From positions 384,001-448,000 of the forward strand of contig CAXXFV010000023.1 of NCBI GenBank assembly GCA_963674595.2: a stretch of 64,000 nt of DNA. The letters are read 5' to 3'. The stretch is from a bacterium (lineage in GTDB: Bacteria > Zhuqueibacterota > Zhuqueibacteria > Residuimicrobiales > Krinioviventaceae). The notes under the pieces were generated by a model. That model was given only the letters and a program-made list of their open reading frames with translations, was not told where the DNA came from and made no database searches. A program made the translations under genes and the position numbers. Of this stretch, positions 1 to 10,919 are shown in pieces; within the stretch, counting starts at the first letter, position 1, and the number at the start of each line of letters is the position of its first letter.

Positions 1-957
1 GTATCAACACCCGAGCAGCAGGGAATTAATGGAAGCAAATTTGAAGAAATGGTTGTTAAAATTGATCAGGGAGTTTATGGTAATATACACTGTTTATTAA
101 TCGCCCGAAACGATACGTTGGTTTTTGAAAAGTATTTTCAGGGATTTGATCGACAAGAGTTACATTGTCTTTACTCTGTAACCAAATCTTTTACTTCGGC
201 ATTAATTGGAATAGCTCTTAATGAGGGGAAAATCAATAATCTTGAACAAAAAATGGTGTCGTTTTTCCCTAACTATAATATTACAAATAATTATTCCTTA
301 AAAGAAAAAATTACCATAAAACATCTGCTAACGATGACTTCGGGATTATCTGTCGAACATGAAAGTCTGGCTTATTTCAGTAATAATTGGATACGGTCCA
401 TGCTGAATATACCCATGACATCCGCTCCGGGTGAACAATTTGTTTACCATACCGGAAATAGCCTGCTTCTCGGAGGAATACTAAAAGATGCAACCGGACA
501 GGATGTAGATGTGTATGCTGCTGAAAAATTATTAGGGCCTTTAGGAATTCAAAATTGGAGATGGATAAAAGGTCCCGGTAATGCCGTTGCTTCCGGTGGA
601 TGGTTGGGAGGGCTTCATTTAAGGCCTTTGGATATGCTAAAATTTGGACTGTTGTTTTTACATAAAGGTAAATGGCATGGAGAAACAATTGTGCCGGAAG
701 AATGGGTGCAAGAGTCCACCTCAAGGCACGCGTCATTTTCTCCGAACGAGAATTATAGCTATCAATGGTGGCGTGTTAGTAACAATCATAAGATTGCTGA
801 TTTAGTTGAAACAAACGATATTTTTTATGCTGCCGGTCATAAAGGTCAGTTTATTTATGTCATTCCACATTTGAATGTGGTAATCGTATCGACAGCCTGG
901 GGGAGCGAGTTTTCGGAAATGGTTGCTGATTATATACTGCCGGCAGTAACTAGTTAA
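1..957 (+). CDS. Serine hydrolase, beta-lactamase class C/AmpC-like family (5'-partial)
   Basis: SxxK motif (YSVTKS), HLLTMTSG, F-x-Y-x-T and GHKGQ motifs. Frame 1 is open from base 1 (VSTPEQQG...), so the start lies upstream of the window. Confidence 0.85.
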   Translation, partial: VSTPEQQGINGSKFEEMVVKIDQGVYGNIHCLLIARNDTLVFEKYFQGFDRQELHCLYSVTKSFTSALIGIALNEGKINNLEQKMVSFFPNYNITNNYSLKEKITIKHLLTMTSGLSVEHESLAYFSNNWIRSMLNIPMTSAPGEQFVYHTGNSLLLGGILKDATGQDVDVYAAEKLLGPLGIQNWRWIKGPGNAVASGGWLGGLHLRPLDMLKFGLLFLHKGKWHGETIVPEEWVQESTSRHASFSPNENYSYQWWRVSNNHKIADLVETNDIFYAAGHKGQFIYVIPHLNVVIVSTAWGSEFSEMVADYILPAVTS

Positions 958-1117
958 CGAGTTTTAAACAGTATAATTAAAAATGATATTTATATAATTG
1001 AATATAAATGACTTCATGCCGGGTGTTTAAAAATGGCGTTATCACTGGTGAGGATTAAATAGCAGAATCTTGTTGGGATTATATAAATATAAAATCAACG
1101 TAATGAAGGAAAATTCT

Positions 1118-3196
1118 ATGAATTTTCATAAAAAATTGCATGGTATGCTTTGTTGTTTTCTTTTATTGCTGTGCAGGATTTGCTACCCGGTAGAGAATGA
1201 TTTTCCTGATTTGGCCTATATTACAGGACTAGCGGTTGATTATGCTGAACCCGATATTGTTTATGCCGCTACTTTGTCCGGCGGGCTGTATAAAAGTATT
1301 AATACAGGTGATGAATGGATTCGGATAAATGCAAGTGCGGGATTCATACAGTATTATACTGTCGTAATTGATCCTCAAAATCCCAGCCGTATTTTTGCCG
1401 GTGGATTTGAAACCGGTATATGGATTTCAAACGATAGAGGGGAAGGATGGATACCCGGTGGTCTTGATGGTATAACCATTTGTCATATTGCTGTAAATGC
1501 TCAAAATCCCAATCAGGTTTATGTGTTAACGCCCGGTGGTGTTTGTAAAACCAATGATATTCGGACAGGAGTTTGGGAGTACATTTTAAATCATATAGAT
1601 TTTATTCATAGAAAATATGGAATTACAGATTTTTCCGGTCCGCTTAATCCTTACTTTAGCCGATGGACAAAAATGGCGGTCAATCCGCATAATCCTCAGG
1701 AAATATATACAGCCACGGCGTATATTTCCGGTTATTTTTTTAGTTCGGATGCCGGTAAAACCTGGGACCATTATTTTATTTCAGGTATGAAAACCAACGG
1801 GAGGGTGGATATTATTCTGTTTCATCCGACCGATCCTGATATAGTGTTTTTGGGAACACATCACGCTGGTGTGTTCAAATCTTTTAACAGTGGTAAAAGC
1901 TGGGTTTCAATGACCCGGGGAATGGAGCCGCAACGACGCACTCCCTGGTATGCTGTCTGGCTTATTTCAGGACTGGTTATCGATCCGACAAATCCTGAAA
2001 TAATGTATACGGGCGGCGATTACTCAAACTGGAAAACTATTGACGGCGGAATTTCATGGCAGGAACTCGGTAATACTCTAACCTGTGAGTTTGCCCGCAG
2101 TTTTGCGGTCGATCCGGTACGCCCTGAAATCGTTTATGCCGGGACAAATGTCGGAGTGTTCCGCTCCACAGATGGCGGAGATACCTGGAAACTGAGAAAT
2201 AACGGCTTTCCTGATTTTGAATTAATCAACAAAATTCAGGTGAATTATAACGATGAACAATTTGAATATGGTATCGGTCATAATCATCGTTATATCTTTC
2301 GGCATTCTTTGACCGGGAATAATGACTGGGATTATATGGGATTTTTATTGTTTGATATGGTTATTGACAGTCTTGGTTATGATGAAAACGCACAGCGACT
2401 CTATGCCTATGGTGACCCAGGAACTTTTCAAAGCGATGATGGGGGCCTCACCTGGGACGTTCCGGTAATTCAGTTTGATCCGAATCCCGGTCCCGTTATT
2501 GAGGTCCCTTTTACCGGAAACCGCAACGATCTACAGTTCTGGACATTCGAGCTGGAAATTCAGGGAGATATTTTTTTTATCGATTCTCTTGCACAGGAAA
2601 CTTATCAGAATATATATCTGGAGCAGCCGCATATTATGGTACAATTAGTCACACCTGAATACCCGCTTGATAAAACCAAACCGATTTGGCAAAAAACATT
2701 ATACAATTCTCTTGATGTAACCCTGCAAATTCCCAAAAGCTGTTTGCAGCTATATCAAGATTGTTTATTATATGTCGAGGTCAGGGATTTTCAAAAATTG
2801 AAACATTTTGGAGTTATAGAGATAAATAAAAGTCAACTGCCGGACCGGGTTTTTGTGCCGGTGGATACCGAAACGTTATTACCGGTTTTTAATACTGATT
2901 TTGTTTATACACCTCTTGCAAAATCACAATTGTTGCAAAATTTCCCCAATCCCTTTAATAAAAGTACCAATTTATGTTTTGAAATAATGGATTTTGGCAG
3001 GGTAAATATATCCATATATAACTGTTTGGGACAAAAGATCAATACCCTTGTTGACAGTCCTGCTCAAACTGGAATTTATTATCTGCCCTGGGATGGGGTG
3101 AATGAACAGGGGATTGCCGTTTCCACAGGCGTTTATTTTGCCGTCATGCAGACAGACAACACCACTTTTACTCGAAAGATGATATTGTTAAGATAA
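1118..3196 (+). CDS. Secreted BNR/Asp-box beta-propeller protein (VPS10/GH74-like) with C-terminal FlgD-Ig/T9SS-type sorting domain
   Basis: Signal-like N-terminus, many S-x-D-x-G-x-T/S-W boxes, tail LLQNFPNPFN...YNCLGQ...WDG...GVYF. Start chosen at the ATG after AAGGA; the ORF is open from 1070. Confidence 0.75.
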   Translation: MNFHKKLHGMLCCFLLLLCRICYPVENDFPDLAYITGLAVDYAEPDIVYAATLSGGLYKSINTGDEWIRINASAGFIQYYTVVIDPQNPSRIFAGGFETGIWISNDRGEGWIPGGLDGITICHIAVNAQNPNQVYVLTPGGVCKTNDIRTGVWEYILNHIDFIHRKYGITDFSGPLNPYFSRWTKMAVNPHNPQEIYTATAYISGYFFSSDAGKTWDHYFISGMKTNGRVDIILFHPTDPDIVFLGTHHAGVFKSFNSGKSWVSMTRGMEPQRRTPWYAVWLISGLVIDPTNPEIMYTGGDYSNWKTIDGGISWQELGNTLTCEFARSFAVDPVRPEIVYAGTNVGVFRSTDGGDTWKLRNNGFPDFELINKIQVNYNDEQFEYGIGHNHRYIFRHSLTGNNDWDYMGFLLFDMVIDSLGYDENAQRLYAYGDPGTFQSDDGGLTWDVPVIQFDPNPGPVIEVPFTGNRNDLQFWTFELEIQGDIFFIDSLAQETYQNIYLEQPHIMVQLVTPEYPLDKTKPIWQKTLYNSLDVTLQIPKSCLQLYQDCLLYVEVRDFQKLKHFGVIEINKSQLPDRVFVPVDTETLLPVFNTDFVYTPLAKSQLLQNFPNPFNKSTNLCFEIMDFGRVNISIYNCLGQKINTLVDSPAQTGIYYLPWDGVNEQGIAVSTGVYFAVMQTDNTTFTRKMILLR

Positions 3197-3583
3197 TCTG
3201 CAAACCGGGGAAATTCCTTTCCTTTTTCCAAATCCAAGATCAAAATCATCTATCGTTGAAGAATTTTCTGATTACAGTTTAATTTTATGATACAATTACA
3301 TTTGAAAACGAAAAATTAAAGTTTTCCTCAAAACTGAATCTCTGGTTTTCAGGTATATCAGCATTATTTGAGTTTAGGAATTAGGAAAACGGTTTTTTTA
3401 TGCATAAACACCCAAGTAAAAGGCAGAGTGGCAGAAATAGCTTGGCAATTTGCCTGATAAGTCTTAACTTAATAGCTTTGTCGGTCACTAGTACTTGTCT
3501 TGTCAAAACGAGAGGCTGTTTGGGCAGGCGTGAATAAAAATAATTATCAAATGTTTAAATTAACAAGGATACAAAAAACAGTT

Positions 3584-5221
3584 ATGATATCAACAACAAA
3601 ATTATCAATTATATATGGCCAGCAGGTTTTATTTAAAGATGTTTCAATTAAATTTGTCGAAGGAAATTGTTATGGATTGATTGGTGCAAACGGTTCCGGC
3701 AAGTCAACATTTTTAAAAGCGCTTTCCGGTGAAATAGATGTCAGTTCCGGCGATATCCATCTTCCAAAGGGAAAACGAATCGCAACGTTACGACAGGACC
3801 ATTTTGCTTTTGATGAATATACGGTTATGCAGACTGCCCTTTTGGGTCATAAAAAATTATATGATCTTTTGGAAGAGAAAAATTTTCTTGAAGCAAAAAC
3901 AGACATTACCGATGAAGAAGGCATGCGTATGTCTGAGATTTATAATGAAATGGCAGAAATTAACGGCTATGAAGCTGAATCTGAGGCTGGCCGGCTTTTA
4001 GATGGGCTTGGCATTACTTCGGATATGTTTGACATGCCGATGAAAGCTCTTGATGGTGGTGTTAAAGTGCGAATTTTATTAGTTCAGGCCCTGTTTGGTA
4101 ATCCGGATATCCTGTTGCTGGATGAACCAACCAATAATCTTGACCTTGAATCAATCACCTGGCTGGAAGAGTTTCTTTATAACTTTCAAAATACAGTTAT
4201 AGTCGTAAGCCATGACAGACACTTTCTTAATAAAGTTTGTACCCACATTGCAGATATTGATTTTAAGACAATCAAGATTTTTGCCGGCAACTATGATTTC
4301 TGGTATTATACAAGTCAGCTTGCTGTGCAGCGGTTTAAAGATGAAAAACGAAAAAGAGATGAAAAGGTCAAAGAACTGCAAGAGTTTATTTCACGCTTTT
4401 CGGCAAATGCTTCCAAAGCCCGTCAGGCAACCTCGCGAAAAAAATTGATAGATAAATTAACAATTGAGGATATGCCTTCATCGTCCAGAAAACGACCGTA
4501 TGTGGAATTTAAACCCGAACGTAGCTGCGGGAACAATATTCTTCGCATAACCGATTTGAATAAATCAATTGATGGTGAAGAAATATTCAAAGACCTGACA
4601 TTTACGGTTGATGGCGGCGATAAAATAGTTTTTATTGGATTTAATAATAACTATAAAACGGTTCTTTTTGATATCATTTCAGGTGAGCTTGAACCGGATA
4701 GCGGTACTTATGAGTGGGGCGTTACTATAACATATAATTATATGCCTCGAAATAATGCCGATTTTTTTACCGGCAATAGCAACCTGGTAGATTGGCTTCG
4801 TCAGTATTCCAAAGAGGAAAAAGATGAAGCTTTTATTCGCGGATTTTTAGGACGGATGCTTTTCTCGGGTGATGATGCCCTGAAAATGACGGACGTTCTT
4901 TCCGGAGGAGAAAAAGTCCGATGTATGCTTGCGCGTTCAATGCTTTCCGGTGCCAATGTTTTGATTCTGGATGAACCAACCAACCACCTTGACCTTGAAG
5001 CGATTACAGCACTGAATGATGGTATGAGTAAATATCCTGATGTTCTTTTGTTCGGTTCGCATGATCACGAGTTGAATAACTCTGTTGCAAACCGGATCAT
5101 TGAATTTACTCCCAAAGGAATTATTGACAGAAAAATGACTTTTGATGAGTATTTTACCGATCAAAAAATTAAAGAAATTCGGGATAAAATGTATGATGGT
5201 CATCAGCGCCCGGTTTTATAA
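3584..5221 (+). CDS. ABC-F family ATP-binding protein (YbiT/YkpA-like)
   Basis: Two NBDs: GANGSGKS, LLLDEPTNNLD, VSHDR; LSGGE, LILDEPTNHLD. No TM segments. Confidence 0.9.
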   Translation: MISTTKLSIIYGQQVLFKDVSIKFVEGNCYGLIGANGSGKSTFLKALSGEIDVSSGDIHLPKGKRIATLRQDHFAFDEYTVMQTALLGHKKLYDLLEEKNFLEAKTDITDEEGMRMSEIYNEMAEINGYEAESEAGRLLDGLGITSDMFDMPMKALDGGVKVRILLVQALFGNPDILLLDEPTNNLDLESITWLEEFLYNFQNTVIVVSHDRHFLNKVCTHIADIDFKTIKIFAGNYDFWYYTSQLAVQRFKDEKRKRDEKVKELQEFISRFSANASKARQATSRKKLIDKLTIEDMPSSSRKRPYVEFKPERSCGNNILRITDLNKSIDGEEIFKDLTFTVDGGDKIVFIGFNNNYKTVLFDIISGELEPDSGTYEWGVTITYNYMPRNNADFFTGNSNLVDWLRQYSKEEKDEAFIRGFLGRMLFSGDDALKMTDVLSGGEKVRCMLARSMLSGANVLILDEPTNHLDLEAITALNDGMSKYPDVLLFGSHDHELNNSVANRIIEFTPKGIIDRKMTFDEYFTDQKIKEIRDKMYDGHQRPVL

Positions 5222-5297
5222 TTATAAGATAAATGGAAAATCAAACAAGTAAAAACGAATATAATTAAAATATTTTGCCATTAAGAAAGAAAAATTT

Positions 5298-6839
5298 GTG
5301 TCTGAAGACAAACCGAAATATACAAAAGAAGAAATAGATAGTTGTATCAACTTGCTTGACTATATGGTAAACAATGAAAAAGATTTCGTTGCGCTGCCAA
5401 GGGAAAAGCAAATTGAACTATTAAAGCTGGCAGGGCAGTTGTCCCGGCCGGATAAGGAACAAAAAAAGCAGCGAAGGAAAGAGGCCAAAGCCCGAAAAAA
5501 GCAAAAGATCGATTCTGCAGAGCGAAAGGCACGAGCGGCAACCGGTATTCGTGTTGCAAGAGAGGCCAAAGTATTCTCCGCCCCTTTGCAAATTTCAGAT
5601 ACAAAGGAATCCTCCGGAAAGAATTTGGTTATAAACTCGTTCCGCAATTGTTATGTTTGTAAAGCAGAGTTTACCCAGCTTCATTTTTTTTATGATAGCA
5701 TGTGCCCGACCTGCGCAGAATTAAATTATAAAAAACGTTTCCAGACAGCAGATTTAACGGGTCAGGTCGCTTTAATAACCGGATCACGTCTGAAAATAGG
5801 GTACCAGGCAACACTCATGATGCTCAGGGCCGGCGCCACTGTTATAGCTACCACCCGTTTTCCAAAAGACTCTGCGTTAAGATATTCTAAAGAAAAAGAT
5901 TTTAAGGAGTGGAGCGACCGGCTGCATATTTATGGTCTGGATTTAAGACATACACCAAGCGTGGAAATTTTTTGCAGCCATTTCCAGCAAACCTATGATC
6001 GTCTGGACATACTCATCAATAACGCTGCCCAAACAGTTCGGCGCCCACCCGGATTTTATTCACATTTGATGCCTAACGAAATGAAAGCGTTGAATGAATT
6101 TCCGGAGAATGTGCAAAAACTGATGACAAATTTTCATCAATGTACCGGTAAATTAATCTCGCTTTCGACGTCCCAAAGTAATTTAGCCTCTGACCTTCCG
6201 GTTACCTGGGATGGAAAACTACCGGGGATTGGATTAAGAGAATCTGCACAACTTTCACAAATTCCTTATGCCTATGATAACACGCTAAATACGGAAAGTG
6301 TTTTCCCCAAGGGGGAATTGGACATTGACTTGCAGCAGGTTGACCTGCGGACAACAAACAGTTGGCGGTTAAAAATTGGTGAAATTCCAACAGCAGAAAT
6401 GATAGAACTGCAACTTGTCAACTCGATAGCACCTTTTGTGCTATGCAACAAGCTGGTGCCTTTTATGAAAAAAGAAAATACCGGTAAAAAGCATATCGTA
6501 AATGTCTCTGCAATGGAAGGCAAGTTTTTCCGTTTCAAAAAAGGCGAACGTCATCCCCATACCAACATGGCAAAAGCCGCTCTTAATATGTTGACCCACA
6601 CGTCGGCTAGTGAACTTGCAAAACATGGAATTTTTATGAATGCTGTCGATACCGGTTGGGTAACGGATGAAGACCCTGTACAGTTATCCAAACTAAAACA
6701 GGACCTGCATGATTTTCAACCTCCGTTGGATATTGTAGACGGCGCTGCAAGAGTATGCGATCCATTTTTTGATGGCATCAACACCGGTAAACACTGGTGC
6801 GGCAAATTTTTAAAAGACTATTTTCCTATTGAATGGTAA
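5298..6839 (+). CDS. Atypical long SDR-family oxidoreductase with N-terminal CxxC...CxxC extension
   Basis: [11 protein letters not shown] Rossmann motif, [35 protein letters not shown]; CYVC and CPTC upstream. Confidence 0.8.
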   Translation: MSEDKPKYTKEEIDSCINLLDYMVNNEKDFVALPREKQIELLKLAGQLSRPDKEQKKQRRKEAKARKKQKIDSAERKARAATGIRVAREAKVFSAPLQISDTKESSGKNLVINSFRNCYVCKAEFTQLHFFYDSMCPTCAELNYKKRFQTADLTGQVALITGSRLKIGYQATLMMLRAGATVIATTRFPKDSALRYSKEKDFKEWSDRLHIYGLDLRHTPSVEIFCSHFQQTYDRLDILINNAAQTVRRPPGFYSHLMPNEMKALNEFPENVQKLMTNFHQCTGKLISLSTSQSNLASDLPVTWDGKLPGIGLRESAQLSQIPYAYDNTLNTESVFPKGELDIDLQQVDLRTTNSWRLKIGEIPTAEMIELQLVNSIAPFVLCNKLVPFMKKENTGKKHIVNVSAMEGKFFRFKKGERHPHTNMAKAALNMLTHTSASELAKHGIFMNAVDTGWVTDEDPVQLSKLKQDLHDFQPPLDIVDGAARVCDPFFDGINTGKHWCGKFLKDYFPIEW

Positions 6840-6942
6840 GATATTTAGCTGTTCAGGAAAATAGAGGTGACAGAAGGACATCAATCCCGGGATTTCACCT
6901 ATAAACTATTATTGAAATGAAAATACACAGGAGAGAACGACT

Positions 6943-8254
6943 ATGGAAAAACGACATCCCAAAGGATTAGCAGTCCTTTTTTTTACGGAAATGTGGGAGC
7001 GGTTCAGCTTTTACGGAATGCGAGCCATCCTCGTACTTTACTTGACGAAAGAAACAATGGGACAAAACGCAGGCCTTGGTTGGTCTAACGCAAATGCACT
7101 GGCTTTATATGGCTGGTATACAATGCTGGTTTATGTTATGTCCATTCCCGGCGGAATAATTGCTGACAGATTGTTGGGCCAAAAGAAAACAGTCCTTGTC
7201 GGTGGTATTCTTATCGCTGCGGGACAGTTTGCATTGGCAGCGAACGGCATGGTTACTTTTTACACCGGTCTGGTCCTGCTTGTAACCGGCGTTGGCTGTC
7301 TTAAACCTAATGTATCTACAATGGTTGGCGGGCTGTACAAATCGGGTGATCCCAGACGCGACAGCGGTTTTACTATTTTTTATATTGGGATCAATATTGG
7401 TGCGGCAACGGCCCCGTTGCTGGTTGGATATATTGGTGAAGTGTATAACTGGAACTATGGTTTTGGTCTGGCTGGTTTGGGAATGATTTTGGGATTAATT
7501 GTTTATGTGCTTGGACAAAAACACTTGAAAGGAGTGGGTGATTTTGTTCCTGTTCAAAAAATTAAAGGAACTAAAAAAAGTGTTCCTCTTACTAAAATTG
7601 AAAAAGACAGAATTGTCGTTTTGTTGATTTCCTTTTTAATCGTCATTGTTTTCTGGGCTGCCTATGAACAAGCAGGCGGTTTGATGAACCTGTATACAGA
7701 GAATAAAATCTATCGTATAGTTTTGGGTTTTGAAATACCGGCCAGTTTATTTCAATCTGTTCCGGCAATTTTCGTTATTATATTTGGGACTGTTGTTGCT
7801 GCTTACTGGGCCAAACGCCAGAAAAAAGGAAAAGAATCTTCATCGCTTTTTAAAATGGCAATCGGTACAATGGTTTTGGGTTTGGGATTTTTAATGATGT
7901 CCGGAGCTGCGTTGCAGGCACAGGACGGTAGTAAAGCCATGCTCATTTGGCTTATCCTTTCTTATTTGCTGCAGGTCCTGGGTGAGTTATCTATTTCGCC
8001 GGTGGCGCTTTCTTTTATTACAAAACTTGCTCCTGTAAAATATGCCTCCATTATGATGGGGCGTTTATTTTGCTGCAACCGGTTTAGGAAATAAAGCAGC
8101 CGGTATGCTTGGTGAATTAGCCGAACACGCTGGAGAACTGCAAGTGTTTACCGGTATATTTATTTTCTGTATAGCAGTCGGTGCTTTATTATTGGTGTTC
8201 TTTAAAAAACTTGATACACTGACGCATGGAGCTGAAGATATTAAAGAGGCATAA
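6943..8254 (+). CDS. POT/PTR family proton-dependent oligopeptide transporter (frameshifted near 3' end)
   Basis: EMWERFSFYG (ExxERFxYY), GFTIFYIGINIG, GELSISP. Removing one G from GGGG at 8058-8061 restores MMGVYFAATGLGNKAAG...HGAEDIKEA* ending at 8254. Confidence 0.85.
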
Positions 8255-8286
8255 TTTAAATTTCATTGACTTTTTGCAGTTTTTTT

Positions 8287-8333
8287 CCTCCCAAACAAGA
8301 TTTTTTGGATTTTGGTTTGGGAGGATTTTTTTT
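8287..8333 (+). terminator. Intrinsic terminator after POT transporter
   Basis: CCTCCCAAAC (8287-8296) / GTTTGGGAGG (8315-8324) inverted repeat followed by a T run. The loop is long. Confidence 0.6.
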
Positions 8334-8524
8334 ATAACCTGACCATTTTAAAAGTCGACTTGTAAACTATTGTAATAAAGTGTTGATTTTTTCAACTATA
8401 ACTGGCAAAGTGTTTATAAAATTGTTATTTTAGCATACCTTTTCCCCCAAGTATGATATTATTTACAATCCTTTCTGTAAATAACTGGTGATGATTTTTA
8501 GCGAGAAAAATAACAGGAGAGATT

Positions 8525-10828
8525 ATGAGATTCGTTTTTTTAATTCTTTGCCTTACTCTATCCAACCTTTATGCTGTAACTGTTTCACAACATTTACAAA
8601 AAATCAATAACGTTATCCTTCCAAATGAAAAGAGCGCCGGAATTTGTACGGAACTGCTAAAGGATCAGTTGTCCCATGTATCTGTTTCCGTAAAAAATGA
8701 TGCTAAATTTTCTGGTAAAAACACGCTTTTTATTGGCAGTACGGACATGGAAAGAGACCAGATTCCTGAGAATACACCTGCTGAACAAAGTTGGATATTT
8801 GTTCAATTAACCGGTGCAGGAGCGAATAAAATTCTGACTTCTGATTCCAACTTGTTATATACGGCTCTGTATCGCCTGCTTAATGACTGGAGTGATTACG
8901 ACGTTGCTGTTTTTAAGGAGGGACGCTTTTTTTACCCCACCTTTGAATGGACTGAAGCAAATGACGGATTTTTTGCCGCACGAAAATATTTTAGTTATCA
9001 TTATGATCCTGATCAATGTGTGAAAGAATTTGCACGAATGGGTTGTACCCATGTTCCGGTAAACGCGCTTGCCACGCCTTTTCCCTATGAGCAGGGCCCT
9101 CCGGGTGAACATTATTATCGATTTTATATTACAAATCCGGACCTCGACCAGTTTGTGGCTACGGACCTGAATGACGGCGTTTATCCCCACGAATATCTTG
9201 CCGCCAATTGTAATCAGATGCGAAAAAATATAACGCTTGCACGCAAGTACGGACTCAAACCCGGACTTGCCATGTGTTCACCCCGGTCAGTACCGGAGGC
9301 TTTTTTTGATAAATATCCTCTGTTAAGAGGCGCCCGTATCGACCACCCGTTTCACAGTTACGAACCACGATATACAATGACACTGGCCCATCCGGTTGTT
9401 CGATGGCACTATGCGCAGATGATGGAAAAAATGATAAAAATGTTTCCTGATCTGGATTATGCCTATATCTGGAGTAATGACAGTGGATCCGGTTTTGAAC
9501 ACACTATGACGACCTATCCCGGCCGAAATGGCGGCGCTTTTCTGGTCCGTGAATGGCGTACAAATGAACAAATTGCAGATAAAGCGGCTGGAAATATTTT
9601 TCAATATTTGACGATTTTAAAAAATGCCGGTCAAAAAATAAACAAAGACTTTGGGGTTATTTTACGTATTTTTTCATTTACAGCCGCCCAGGACACGCTT
9701 TTAAAACAGTTTAAAGATGGATATGATATGCGTGTTTTACCTTCATCGGTAACCGATAAGGAAAAATGGCAGAAATTACAAACCGTACAGAAAAAAGGTT
9801 CCTTAATATCGACCACTGTAAATCTGGGAATTCCCTACAGCCATGTAGCGGGAATAGCTTTTCCCTGGGAATGCCGAAAACGCCTGGACGGATTAGCCGA
9901 TGCCGGTGTGAAGCGAATTTCTTTAACTGTTAATCCCCAATCGCTTGCTCCTTATGATATCAACAGAGAAATTTTTCATACTTATCAGTTTGAACCGGAT
10001 ATCCCGGTGGATTCTGTTGTCACCAGAACTGCTAAAAAATGGATTGGAGAAAAATATTCTTCATTACTGGTTAATGTGTGGCAATTAACAGATAAAACCG
10101 TAGCCGATTTTCCCAATGTTCCGCTTTATCAGGGATATGGTTTTGTCTCTTTTCGGTTGTGGGTAAGGCCCCTTGTACCCAATTTTGAAAATATTCCCAA
10201 ACAAAAAAGGGCTTATTATGAAGATTTTTCGCTGTCGAATTATAATAATCCCAACCTGGTCGATTTGAGTGAAAATGCCTTGTGGACGCTTGTTCCCGTA
10301 GACAAGGCACAACAAATTGTCGATGAATGTGAAAAACAGGGCTATAAGCCCCTGAATCAGGCAATCCAAATGCTTGACAAAGAAATCAACAAACTGAACG
10401 CAGACGATGAGCAACGTAAAATTTTAATTGACCAGCGCGACAGGATTTGTGCGTTGATTTGTTATTACAGAACGCTGCAAAATACAGCCCGATGGATTGT
10501 GGACGTACATGGGTATATTGATTCTAAAAATGATGAACAGAGAAAAAAACATCGAAAAGCGCTTGATAAAATGATGGCGGATGAAATTGAAAATATGCAA
10601 AATTTACTTGATTTGTGGAATTCCAGTTCCGTTACGTTTACACCGATTTCCAGTTTTGGTGAAAACTGGTATACCTATGGTGATAATTTGGGTGAACTTT
10701 TGGCTAAAAAGATAGAATTAATGAAAGAGTATCAAAACGATGAACCCTATATTGACGGCAATTTTATGTGGAAAATGCCGGAGCCTTTTTCAGTGACACC
10801 GGATCAGTATTTAAAATTTGTTGAATAA
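8525..10828 (+). CDS. Secreted hypothetical protein, possibly a glycoside-hydrolase-like TIM barrel
   Basis: 767-aa ORF with AGGAGA RBS and signal peptide; no family motif recognised with confidence. Confidence 0.6.
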   Translation: MRFVFLILCLTLSNLYAVTVSQHLQKINNVILPNEKSAGICTELLKDQLSHVSVSVKNDAKFSGKNTLFIGSTDMERDQIPENTPAEQSWIFVQLTGAGANKILTSDSNLLYTALYRLLNDWSDYDVAVFKEGRFFYPTFEWTEANDGFFAARKYFSYHYDPDQCVKEFARMGCTHVPVNALATPFPYEQGPPGEHYYRFYITNPDLDQFVATDLNDGVYPHEYLAANCNQMRKNITLARKYGLKPGLAMCSPRSVPEAFFDKYPLLRGARIDHPFHSYEPRYTMTLAHPVVRWHYAQMMEKMIKMFPDLDYAYIWSNDSGSGFEHTMTTYPGRNGGAFLVREWRTNEQIADKAAGNIFQYLTILKNAGQKINKDFGVILRIFSFTAAQDTLLKQFKDGYDMRVLPSSVTDKEKWQKLQTVQKKGSLISTTVNLGIPYSHVAGIAFPWECRKRLDGLADAGVKRISLTVNPQSLAPYDINREIFHTYQFEPDIPVDSVVTRTAKKWIGEKYSSLLVNVWQLTDKTVADFPNVPLYQGYGFVSFRLWVRPLVPNFENIPKQKRAYYEDFSLSNYNNPNLVDLSENALWTLVPVDKAQQIVDECEKQGYKPLNQAIQMLDKEINKLNADDEQRKILIDQRDRICALICYYRTLQNTARWIVDVHGYIDSKNDEQRKKHRKALDKMMADEIENMQNLLDLWNSSSVTFTPISSFGENWYTYGDNLGELLAKKIELMKEYQNDEPYIDGNFMWKMPEPFSVTPDQYLKFVE

Positions 10829-10851
10829 AATTATATAGAGGATTTTCAGAT

Positions 10852-10887
10852 AAAAAAATGCGGGTAACATCAAACCTGTTACCCGCA
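10852..10887 (-). terminator. Intrinsic terminator between convergent genes
   Basis: TGCGGGTAACA/TGTTACCCGCA perfect 11-bp stem. The A7 tract on its left gives a U tail for the minus-strand GH116 transcript. Confidence 0.8.
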
Positions 10888-10919
10888 CTAGTATTGTTAA
10901 AAAGGGGAATGAATATAAA

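Noticed and set aside
3321-3400. GTTTTCCT/AGGAAAAC inverted repeat with T tail upstream of ABC-F
   Set aside because: Only 8 bp with a loop of more than 50 nt; not supportable as a terminator or riboswitch without folding or covariation data.
4630-4662. Degenerate second Walker A (GFNNNYKT) in ABC-F, and a possible antibiotic-resistance role
   Set aside because: Similar degeneracy is common in YbiT/YkpA-type ABC-Fs, and no convincing attenuator leader peptide was found.
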